From Candidatus Multivoradales bacterium (GTDB taxonomy: Bacteria; Acidobacteriota; Thermoanaerobaculia; Multivoradales; J023), in assembly GCA_965248925.1 (NCBI GenBank), contig CBDFLE010000005.1, positions 384,001 to 448,000 of the forward strand: a stretch of DNA of 64,000 bases. The letters are read 5' to 3'. Shown here piece after piece: positions 29,615-38,300 of the stretch (positions are counted from its first letter, which is position 1; each line of letters begins with the position of its first letter). Below the pieces are notes generated by a model. The model had not been told where the DNA came from. It did not search any database and was given only the letters and a program-made list of their open reading frames with translations. Made by a program: the position numbers and the translations under genes.

Positions 29615-29808
29615 CGAGATCCTCCAGCAGTGCGGGTCTTGAGGTGTGTGCCTAGAAGAAGGTACACCGATCTTCATGGTGGCGCAACTAAGTCGAACAG
29701 CTGAGCGGGGTCCATGTGGGTAGTCTGATCGTGGTCTTCGCTACGTCTAGATTCAAGAGAAGGTCCGTGCCGCGGCTAAGAGCGGATGGGTCGAGCAGCC
29801 AACTCGTT

Positions 29809-30663
29809 TCAGTCGATCACTGTGATTCCCAGGCGCCGGCAAACTTCCGGCAGCAGGTTCTCGGCTGCCGCGGTCAGCGAGTGCAGTGCCGGGTGGCCAA
29901 CCTGCGCGCCGCCGGGATCGACCACGTAGAGCGGCACCTGCCGCTGGATTCCGTGTTGCAAGAATAGTTCGGTCACACCGACGGCGAAGGAAGTGCCGAT
30001 AAAGAGGCCCAGATCCATGGTCGCTGCGGCCTCTTGCACCCGATCCCACTGATAGTCCTGGTGCTCGCCGTAGAATTCGTCGAACCACAGCACATGCTGG
30101 CGCAGGGTCGAGCCGCAAGCCGGGCAATTGGGGATGAGCTCGGTAGATGGATTCGCCTGGAAGGCGGCGACATCGAATTCAGAGCGGGGTAGCGACCCTG
30201 CGGGAGCTCCGTAGGGGCAGCCGGGGTGCGGACAGCGGATGCGGTCGGCGCTGCCGTGGACCTTCACCAACTCACGAGAGCCAGCGTCTTCGTGCAGGGT
30301 GTCGACGTTCTGGGTCACCAACACGAACCGTCCCCCGCGAGCCAGCTGCCAACGCTCCAGCGCCGCCAGGGCATAGTGGGCCGGATTGGGCTCGGCGTCG
30401 AGAACCTGGCCGAAGCGGCTCAAATACCAGAGCCAACTCTCCACCGGGTCCTGTTGAAAGAAGCGGAAAGTACCGAGTTCGGTGACATCCTGCTTCCATA
30501 CCGCACCCCGATCACTGCCGCGAAACGTGGCGATACCGCTAGCCAGGCTGACCCCAGCACCGGTAACCACCACCAGATGGCCAGTGCCAAGGTCAGCGAG
30601 GGCCTTGCTCAGGGTTTGACTGTGTCGATCAGGACCCTCTTGATCTGACGATTGCTTCAACAT
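29809..30663 (-). CDS. Sir2/CobB-family NAD-dependent deacylase
   Basis: TGAGVSLASGIATFRG, TQNVDTLH, VHGS, Zn-binding Cys pairs, VLWFDE, IGTS. Confidence 0.9.
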   Translation of the reverse strand: MLKQSSDQEGPDRHSQTLSKALADLGTGHLVVVTGAGVSLASGIATFRGSDRGAVWKQDVTELGTFRFFQQDPVESWLWYLSRFGQVLDAEPNPAHYALAALERWQLARGGRFVLVTQNVDTLHEDAGSRELVKVHGSADRIRCPHPGCPYGAPAGSLPRSEFDVAAFQANPSTELIPNCPACGSTLRQHVLWFDEFYGEHQDYQWDRVQEAAATMDLGLFIGTSFAVGVTELFLQHGIQRQVPLYVVDPGGAQVGHPALHSLTAAAENLLPEVCRRLGITVID

Positions 30664-30843
30664 ATCTCGGGTCGCTCCTCAGGCCGACTTTATCGCTTGC
30701 GACGCCTGGGGGGTTGCCGTGGTAGCCCTAGGGAAGGAACTCAAGGGCCTGGTTTACGTACAGACCCTTGTCCCAGCCATGACCCACTGAGGAGCGCTCG
30801 GTTCGAGATCCGCTTGACCAGCCGCTCGCGAAAGTCGAGAACG

Positions 30844-33000
30844 ATGCTTCGAAGCTATCCAACACTCCATACCCTGATCTGCTGCTGGCTGCTCCTCTCC
30901 GGGGCGGCAGCGGCTGATAGTCCCACGCCGCCTAGCATTGCCGCCGTGGCGATCGACACCGAGCTGACCCCGGATGGGGTGCTCGACGAAGCTGCTTGGC
31001 AGCGCGCGCCGGCGAGTTCGGGCTTTGTCCAGCGGCGGCCAGCGGAGGGGGCGGTGGCGACTGAGGACACCGAGTTTCGGGTGCTGTTTAGCTCGACGAC
31101 TCTTTATGTCGGCATTCGGGCCTTTGATCGACAGCCGGAAGCGCTGATTGCCCGCGAGCTACGCCGCGACGGGGCCTTGTTTCGCGACGATGGCCTGGTG
31201 GTGCTGCTCGATACTTTTCACGACCAACGCAACTCCTTCTTCTTCGAGACCAACCCGCTGGGTGCGCGCACCGATTCGCTGATCACCGATGAAGGCAACG
31301 ACGTCAATTTCGAGTGGGATGGAGTGTGGCAGGTCGGCACCCAAGTCGATAGCCAAGGCTGGACCGCCGAGTATGCGATTCCATTCTCCACCTTGCGCTA
31401 CAACCCCGGCGACACCACCTGGGGCCTGCAAATCCGACGTTACATTCGGCACAAGAATGAGATCACTTTCTGGGCGCCCTTGCTGCTCGATGCCAACATT
31501 TTTCGGGTTTCGCTCTTTGGCGACCTGACCGACCTGCGGCCACCCAAACGCGGTCTCGGCCTCGGGATCGAGCCTTTCGTGACCGCTAATATCAGCGAGT
31601 TCGAGGGCGCGCCGCGGGACGAAGAGAGCGATGTTGGGCTCGACATAAAATGGGGGCTAACTCGAAATCTCACCCTCGATCTGACTTACAACACTGACTT
31701 CGCCGAAGTCGAAGCCGACGCTTTGCAAGTCAACTTGACCCGCTTTCCCCTCTTCTTTCCGGAGAAGCGAGACTTCTTTCTCGAGAATGCCGGGGTCTTC
31801 AAATTCGGTCCAGGAGCGCCCCAGCTGGGACTGTTTTTTTCGCGCCGAATCGGCATCGATGGCGGTCGCCAAGTGCCTCTCGACTTGGGGGCACGCTTGA
31901 CTGGGCGGGTCGGTCCTTGGACCCTGGGCCTGCTTGAGGTGCTGACTGAGGATCTTGCCGCCGAAGATGGCGCGGAGGCGGTGCCGAAGACCAGCTGGTC
32001 GGTGGCGCGGATCAAGCGCGATCTCGGCCAGCGCTCGAACGTCGGGGCGATGCTCACCCAGCGCGATCCCAGTGGCGGCGATAGCGACCGCAGTTGGGGT
32101 ATCGATCTCAATCTCAACCCCACCAAACGCCTCAAGCTGACCGCTTTTGCCGCCGGCACTGAGGGCAACGAAACCCAGGATACCGCCGCCGGCGCCAGTG
32201 CTCGCTGGCAGAGTTCGGTGTGGGAAGTGAGCGCCGCTGCCAAGGAGATCGGTGACGACTTCGCACCCGCCATGGGTTTTGTATCCCGCCGCGGCGTGCG
32301 GCGTTACGACACCTATGTCAAGTGGGCGCCGCGGACCGCGGGAAAAGGTGCGATCGAGAGCTTTTTTTTCGACTTGAGAACCAACATGTTCACCGACTTG
32401 GAGGGTCGGATCGAAAGCCGGACCATCGACTATAACCCCTTTGGCATTCGCTGGAAGCAGGGGCATTTCTTTACCTTCTTCGGCAATCTTCGCCGCGAAC
32501 GCCTGACCGAGCCGTTCGAGATTTCCGACGGCGTGTTGATCGCGCCGGGGGACTATCACTTCGAGGATTTCGGCGCCTTCTTCTCCTCCGACGGCAGCCG
32601 CCCGCTGTCGATCGAAACCTCTGCTTTTGGCGGTAGCTTCTACGACGGCGACCGCCTGTCAGGACAGTTCACCCTGCTATTCCGGCCCAGCAAGCATCTA
32701 TTCTCCGAGACCAGCTGGTCCTACAACGACATTGATTTGCCGGCCGGTGAGTTTTCAACCGAGTTGATCCGTCAGCGCATCTCGGTGCCGATCAACCCTG
32801 ATCTGCAGATCAACGCCTTCGTCCAATACAGTGATGCCCAGGACCTCACCGCCCTCAATCTGCGCCTGCGTTGGATCTACCGCCCCGGCTCCGACCTCTT
32901 CGTGGTCTACAACCAGACCTGGGATGCTCCCGGCCTCAGCCAGCTGAGCCCCCGCGATCGGCAGCTGTCCGTCAAGTGGACCTATCTGCTGCAGCGCTGA
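30844..33000 (+). CDS. CBM9-like/DUF5916 outer-membrane beta-barrel protein
   Basis: Signal peptide; DGVLDEAAW, WTAEYAIPF, NTDFAEVEAD, FFPEKRDFFLE, FFSRRIG; C-terminal KWTYL. Confidence 0.85.
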   Translation: MLRSYPTLHTLICCWLLLSGAAAADSPTPPSIAAVAIDTELTPDGVLDEAAWQRAPASSGFVQRRPAEGAVATEDTEFRVLFSSTTLYVGIRAFDRQPEALIARELRRDGALFRDDGLVVLLDTFHDQRNSFFFETNPLGARTDSLITDEGNDVNFEWDGVWQVGTQVDSQGWTAEYAIPFSTLRYNPGDTTWGLQIRRYIRHKNEITFWAPLLLDANIFRVSLFGDLTDLRPPKRGLGLGIEPFVTANISEFEGAPRDEESDVGLDIKWGLTRNLTLDLTYNTDFAEVEADALQVNLTRFPLFFPEKRDFFLENAGVFKFGPGAPQLGLFFSRRIGIDGGRQVPLDLGARLTGRVGPWTLGLLEVLTEDLAAEDGAEAVPKTSWSVARIKRDLGQRSNVGAMLTQRDPSGGDSDRSWGIDLNLNPTKRLKLTAFAAGTEGNETQDTAAGASARWQSSVWEVSAAAKEIGDDFAPAMGFVSRRGVRRYDTYVKWAPRTAGKGAIESFFFDLRTNMFTDLEGRIESRTIDYNPFGIRWKQGHFFTFFGNLRRERLTEPFEISDGVLIAPGDYHFEDFGAFFSSDGSRPLSIETSAFGGSFYDGDRLSGQFTLLFRPSKHLFSETSWSYNDIDLPAGEFSTELIRQRISVPINPDLQINAFVQYSDAQDLTALNLRLRWIYRPGSDLFVVYNQTWDAPGLSQLSPRDRQLSVKWTYLLQR

Positions 33001-33136
33001 GCGATTGATTCCTACAGCCGAAGGGCGACTCTCTGGCGGGTTTCTTCTCATCGAGTGGAACACAATCCTCTTCCATCTCGTCATTTAGGACAGAGGGGAA
33101 GTACTGTCCGTTCGCCGCTGAGGAGACCTGCTGTCA

Positions 33137-34474
33137 ATGACTCTAGAGACTGCCGATTCCGCTAGCTTCTTCTGGCGCCTGCTGCTGATCGCATCCTTGA
33201 TTGCCGCCATCGTGTCGCTTTGGACGACCGGTGCCGGCTTGAGTCGTTATGTGGCAATACCGCTGGCCTGGGCGCTGGCGGCGGCGGTGCAGCTGGGGCT
33301 GTTTGGCCTAGCATGGTTGATCGGTGTAGGCCATTCTCGCCAGCGGCTGTGGATCTCCTTACTCTACTTCGCGACCATGCTGTTCTCAGTCACCTTCAGC
33401 TACGTCACCTTGCAGAGCGAGCTCACCGAGCGTATCCGGCCGGCCGAGGCTCAGCGGCGGTTGCTCGATGTCAGCCGCCAAGTGGTATCCGATCTCGCGC
33501 ACCAGCTCACCGCCGCCAGCCAGCAGCGCGACGATCTGGAGCTGCGTCTGGCGGGCTGGCTTGAGATGGAGCGCGGCAATGGCTGGGCAACCAGCACCTG
33601 CGAGGCCGAGGACCACTGTTATCTGGCGGGCGTCTGCCAGCGTATTCGCCAGCGCATCGGCGTCTGGGAGGGCTCTTCCGGCCGGACCTACCGCGAAGGC
33701 CCCGGTGAAGCGCTGATCTACGGCGCCCTCGAAGCTGAGCTTGGTAGCCTGCGCCAGCTCGGCGAGCGGCTGGCTGAGTATCGCCTCGGAGTGGCCACCG
33801 AGGACGGTGTGTTGGCGGCGGGGATCGACAATTGGCAGCGCTTGGCGCGGCTCGATCTGCTCCTCGGTCGCTTGCCGAGCGCCGACCTCGAGGCGGTCAC
33901 TTGCCAGGCTGCGGCGCTCCCCAGCCTGCCGTCCTACAGCGACCACGCCCGCGACGCCGCGTCCAGTGACGAGCAACCGGTCTATGCCTGGCTCGACCTG
34001 CAACGCTTGTTGAGCTCTGCCGAGCCCCTCGGTCGCGAGGACTATCCGACGCTCTTCGCTCTGGCGCTGGCTCTGTTCATCGACCTATTCGTGCTCGCCG
34101 TGGCCCTCGGTGCTTCCGAGGTCGGCCGTCGGGGTCGCGGGGTGGCCATGTTGGGTGCCGCACCGAAAGGCTGGCAAGAAGCAGTCGTGGACGATGTCGA
34201 CGGCTGGCTTGGGGCTTCCCTGGAGCGTGGAGAGCAGGGCAGCGACAGTCGCCAGCAGCTGCTCAGCAGCTTGCTCGACGCGATCTCATTCGACCGCCGT
34301 GGTCAGGCACACTTGCTACCCGAGGATCCGTCCCAACACCGCTTCGCCCGGCTACTCGTCGGCTGCCGGGCGGCGACGCCGCGGGCCTTCATACGCCTCG
34401 GTCGGGTGGGCCAGCGCTTCGACCTAGAAGAATGGGTGCTGCCCGCTCTGGCCCAGGCGGCCCAGCGCAGCTGA
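33137..34474 (+). CDS. Hypothetical membrane protein (3 N-terminal TMs, helical domain, further TM)
   Basis: 445-aa ORF with GAGGAG RBS and host-like codon usage. Confidence 0.7.
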   Translation: MTLETADSASFFWRLLLIASLIAAIVSLWTTGAGLSRYVAIPLAWALAAAVQLGLFGLAWLIGVGHSRQRLWISLLYFATMLFSVTFSYVTLQSELTERIRPAEAQRRLLDVSRQVVSDLAHQLTAASQQRDDLELRLAGWLEMERGNGWATSTCEAEDHCYLAGVCQRIRQRIGVWEGSSGRTYREGPGEALIYGALEAELGSLRQLGERLAEYRLGVATEDGVLAAGIDNWQRLARLDLLLGRLPSADLEAVTCQAAALPSLPSYSDHARDAASSDEQPVYAWLDLQRLLSSAEPLGREDYPTLFALALALFIDLFVLAVALGASEVGRRGRGVAMLGAAPKGWQEAVVDDVDGWLGASLERGEQGSDSRQQLLSSLLDAISFDRRGQAHLLPEDPSQHRFARLLVGCRAATPRAFIRLGRVGQRFDLEEWVLPALAQAAQRS

Positions 34475-34541
34475 GCAAGAGCCGGCACCAACCGCCGCTG
34501 GTGGCGTTAGCCTTGCCACAGGGCTGGCGAGTAGTTCCCGT

Positions 34542-34587
34542 TTGACAACTGGCCCCCGACTGGCTATGGTCACTTGGCCATGACTAT
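34542..34587 (+). promoter_or_regulatory. vapBC promoter and operator
   Basis: TTGACA-17bp-TATGGT; imperfect inverted repeat ATGGTCA..TGACTAT overlapping the -10 and start codon. Confidence 0.65.
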
Positions 34588-34897
34588 GAAAATCCCAAAC
34601 AAAGAGACCCTCAAAAATTCGCCGCCTGACTCGCGCCACACGGTTGCGACTGGTTGTAACGACGCCTATCCCCCTCTCGATCCACGGATAGCGGCCGGTG
34701 AGTTCAAAGCCAAGTGCTTGAGCATGATCGACGAGGTTGCCGAGACCGGCGCCGCCTACGTCATCACCAAGCGCGGCAAACCGATGGCGCGGCTGGTGCC
34801 CCTGGCTGAGCAGGAGCCCGCGGACCTGCTGGGCAGTGTGCTGTTCGAGGACGATCTTGTGTCGCCGATCGGTGAGCCCTGGGATGCAGAACAGTGA
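34580..34897 (+). CDS. Phd/YefM-family antitoxin
   Basis: IAAGEFKAKCLSMIDEVAETGAAYVITKRGKPMARL; exact start uncertain. Confidence 0.88.
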   Translation: MTMKIPNKETLKNSPPDSRHTVATGCNDAYPPLDPRIAAGEFKAKCLSMIDEVAETGAAYVITKRGKPMARLVPLAEQEPADLLGSVLFEDDLVSPIGEPWDAEQ

Positions 34898-35280
34898 TTG
34901 TGCTCGACACCCACGCCTGGATCTGGTGGACCTCGGCCCCCGACCGGCTGTCGAATGGCGCCCGCCGGGCGATTGATGAGGCTACCGCTCTCGGGGTGTC
35001 GGTGATCAGCTGCTGGGAGGTGGCCATGCTGGTCACCAAAGGGCGCTTGGGACTCGATCGTGGGGTTGATCTGTGGGTGCGCCAAGCCTTGGCCCGGCCG
35101 CGGGTGCGGCTGCTCGAGATTACGCCCAAGATCGCCGTTCAAGCCGCGGAGTTGAAAGGCAAAATCCCGGGCGACCCGGCCGATCGATTGATCACCGCCA
35201 CCTCGCTGGCGCGGCGCGCAGCGCTGATCACCCGCGACCGGATCTTGACAGACTACTCAGAGTTGAGGACGGTTTGGTAA
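34894..35280 (+). CDS. vapC: VapC PIN-domain toxin
   Basis: IVLDTHAWIW, SVISCWEV, GDPADRLITAT, LITRD. Confidence 0.9.
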   Translation: MIVLDTHAWIWWTSAPDRLSNGARRAIDEATALGVSVISCWEVAMLVTKGRLGLDRGVDLWVRQALARPRVRLLEITPKIAVQAAELKGKIPGDPADRLITATSLARRAALITRDRILTDYSELRTVW

Positions 35281-35356
35281 GGCTAGGGCTTGTCAGGGGC
35301 TAGCAAGTCATTTCGTACGGTCCGGTGATCGACGAAAACCTAGCTTCTCAGCCGAT

Positions 35357-38300
35357 TCAGAACAGCCGGGCGATGGCTGTCAGCACCTTTTCTGGGTTCA
35401 GCCGGTCCGGTAGATCTTCGGCTTCGTAGAGGGCGTAACCTTCAACGAAGCGAAACCGTTCGAGTGCTTCGGGATCACCCATGACGTAGCCCTCGGAGGT
35501 CCAGGCCAGGTGATGGCCTTTGCGGTCCGACCAGAGGTGAGCCACCGGCTGGAGCAGCCTATCTTCGGCCGAGAACTCGGAAACAGCATACAGGCTCAAC
35601 ACACCATCTCTCCGGCCAATCACTAGTGCCCGACTGCTGGGGAGCCACGCTAGCGACGAAGGCGTGCTATCGAGCAGAGCGTCGGCCACCCTTCGGCCGG
35701 TCGTCGGGTTCCATAGTTTAACGGTTTTGTCAGAGGAGGCAGAAGCGAGGGTCTTGCCGTCCGGGCTGAAAGCAACGGCGCGGACTGGCCGTTTGTGTTG
35801 TTCGAGTGAGTGGATGAGCTTTGCGCGGCTTGGGTTCCATAGTTTGACGGTGTTGTCATGGGATGCAGAAGCGAGGGTCTTGCCGTCCGGGCTGAAAGCA
35901 ACGGCGGTGACCCAACCGTTGTGTTGTTCGAGTGAGTGGATGAGCTTTGCGCGGCTTGGGTTCCATAGTTTGACGGTGTTGTCATGGGATGCAGAAGCGA
36001 GGGTCTTGCCGTCCGGGCTGAAAGCAACGGCGCGGACCCAATCGTTGTGTTGTTCGAGTGAGCGGATGAGCTTTGCGCGGCTTGGGTTCCATAGTTTAAC
36101 GGTGTTGTCATGGGATGCAGAAGCGAGGGTCTTGCCGTCCGGGCTGAAAGCAACGGCGGTGACCCAACCGTTGTGTTGTTCGAGTGAGTGGATGAGCTTT
36201 GCGCGGTTTGGGTTCCATAGTTTGACGGTGTTGTCATGGGAGGCAGAAGCGAGGGTCTTGCCGTCCGGGCTGAAAGCAACGGCGGTGACTGGCCGTTTGT
36301 GTTGTTCGAGTGAGTGGATGAGCTTTGCGCGGCTTGGGTTCCATAGTTTGACGGTGTTGTCATGGGATGCAGAAGCGAGGGTCTTGCCGTCCGGGCTGAA
36401 AGCAACGGCGGTGACCCAACCGTTGTGTTGTTCGAGTGAGTGGATGAGCTTTGCGCGGCTTGGGTTCCATAGTTTGACGGTGTTGTCATTGGATGCAGAA
36501 GCGAGGGTCTTACCGTCCGGGCTGAAAGCAACGGCGGTGACCCAACCGTTGTGTTGTTCGAGTGAGCGGATGAGCTTTGCGCGGCTTGGGTTCCATAGTT
36601 TAACGGTTTTGTCATCGGAGGCTGAAGCGAGGGTTTTGCCGTCCGGGCTGAAAGCAACGGCGGTGACTGGCCGTTTGTGTTGTTCGAGTGAGTGGATGAG
36701 CTTTGCGCGACTTGGGTTCCATAGTCTAACGGTTTTGTCATTGGATGCAGAAGCGAGGGTCTTGCCGTCCGGGCTGAAAGCAACGGCGGTGACCCAACCG
36801 TTGTGTTGTTCGAGTGAGTGGATGAGCTTTGCGAGGCTTGGGTTCCATAGTTTGACGGTGTTGTCGTGGGATGCAGAAGCGAGGGTCTTGCCGTCCGGGC
36901 TGAAAGCAACGGCGGTGACTGGCCGTTTGTGTTGTTCGAGTGAGTGGATGAGCTTTGCGCGGCTTGGGTTCCATAGTTTGACGGTGTTGTCATGGGATGC
37001 AGAAGCGAGGGTCTTGCCGTCCGGGCTGAAAGCAACGGCGGTGACTGGCCGTTTGTGTTGTTCGAGTGAGTGGATGAGCTTTGCGCGGCTTGGGTTCCAT
37101 AGTTTGACGGTGTTGTCATTGGAGGCTGAAGCGAGGGTCTTTCCGTCCGGGCTGAATGCAAGTGACTTAACGGAGCCGCGATGTGCGGTGAGGCTGCTGA
37201 GCAGTGTGCCGGCGAGGGTATCCCAGAGGAGGATGGAACCCTCGGCTCCTGCGCTCGCCAGGATAGGCTCCTGAGGGTGGTAGGCCAATGCAAGGACTCT
37301 TCCTTGGTGGCCGTCTTTCAGCAGCGGCCGAAGGCCGCCAAAATGGCCGGTGCGCGCGGCCGGTAGGCCGCGCGCACCGAGTAGGGCGGTACCCAAGGTG
37401 CGCCTGGGCTCAAATCGCGCATCGCTCAGATCCGCTCCGGAGAACCGAGCGAAGCCAAGGTCGGCGGCCCGCAGGTCCGCACGCCGCAGATCCGCATGCC
37501 GCAGATCGGCGTGATCGAGACTTGCTCCGCCGAGGTTGGCGTCCGAGAGGTCGGCGCCTCGCAGGTCGGCCGAACTCAGGTCCGCCGAAGAAAGATTGGC
37601 ATCTAGCTTGGCACCTTGTAGCTGCGCCTGGCGCAAGTTGGCCTGCTTGAGGGATGCTTGAATCAAGTAGGCACCGCGCAGATCGGCGCCCTGCAAATCG
37701 CCTTGCTCCAGTCGCATTGGCCTGGAACCCATCGCTGCTTGGTGGAGGGCCGCCATCTCCCGTTGCACCGCCGCGAGATCGATCTCCTCTTCAGCCGCCC
37801 GGTCGCGAGGAGTGTCCGCTGGCAGGGCGCGGTCGCGGGCCAAAAAGTAGAGCAAGCGCAGGGCGTTCTCGCTGACTCGTTGCCGGTAGTCGCCCGCCAG
37901 CACCGCGCCGGCGAGTTTGGGGATGTTCTCGGCCTCCGGCCAACGCAAGAGGAAGAGCGCCACCTCGCGGGTCAGGGGTTTCAGATCGAGCACCGTGGCA
38001 TCGTCCTGCGCCAAGCCCTCCCGCACGGTGACCGCGACGAAATACTCCAGAAAAGAACGATGGATGAAGCGGTAATAGCCGCGGCTGTCGCGATGCAGGA
38101 AGAGGGCGGTGCGCACCTCGTAGTCGACCCTTTCCTTGTCCAGGTAGGAGAGTTCGCGTTTGACCCGATAGAAGTCGAGCGCCTTTTCGGCCAGCTCCTC
38201 GTAGTGAACTTCCTGCCGCGAGGCGTCCCACAGCATGCGCGCCAGGTAGTGGACCAGGGCGACCTTATGCTCTCGGGTGAGGGTCAGGCGCAGGTCATTA

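Noticed and set aside
852-30663. SirTM/GcvH-L/macrodomain lipoyl-ADP-ribosylation operon
   Set aside because: The sirtuin is over 20 kb from the carrier, looks CobB-like, and there is no macrodomain gene.
35706-37158. CRISPR-like periodic array
   Set aside because: The period is 126 bp with no unique spacers, it is in frame within a WD40 coding region, and no cas genes are present.
35650-37293. Long alternative-frame and antisense ORFs (547 aa, 536 aa) over the repeat
   Set aside because: A stop-free repeat unit propagated in tandem produces these automatically; they have no independent start signals or plausible composition.
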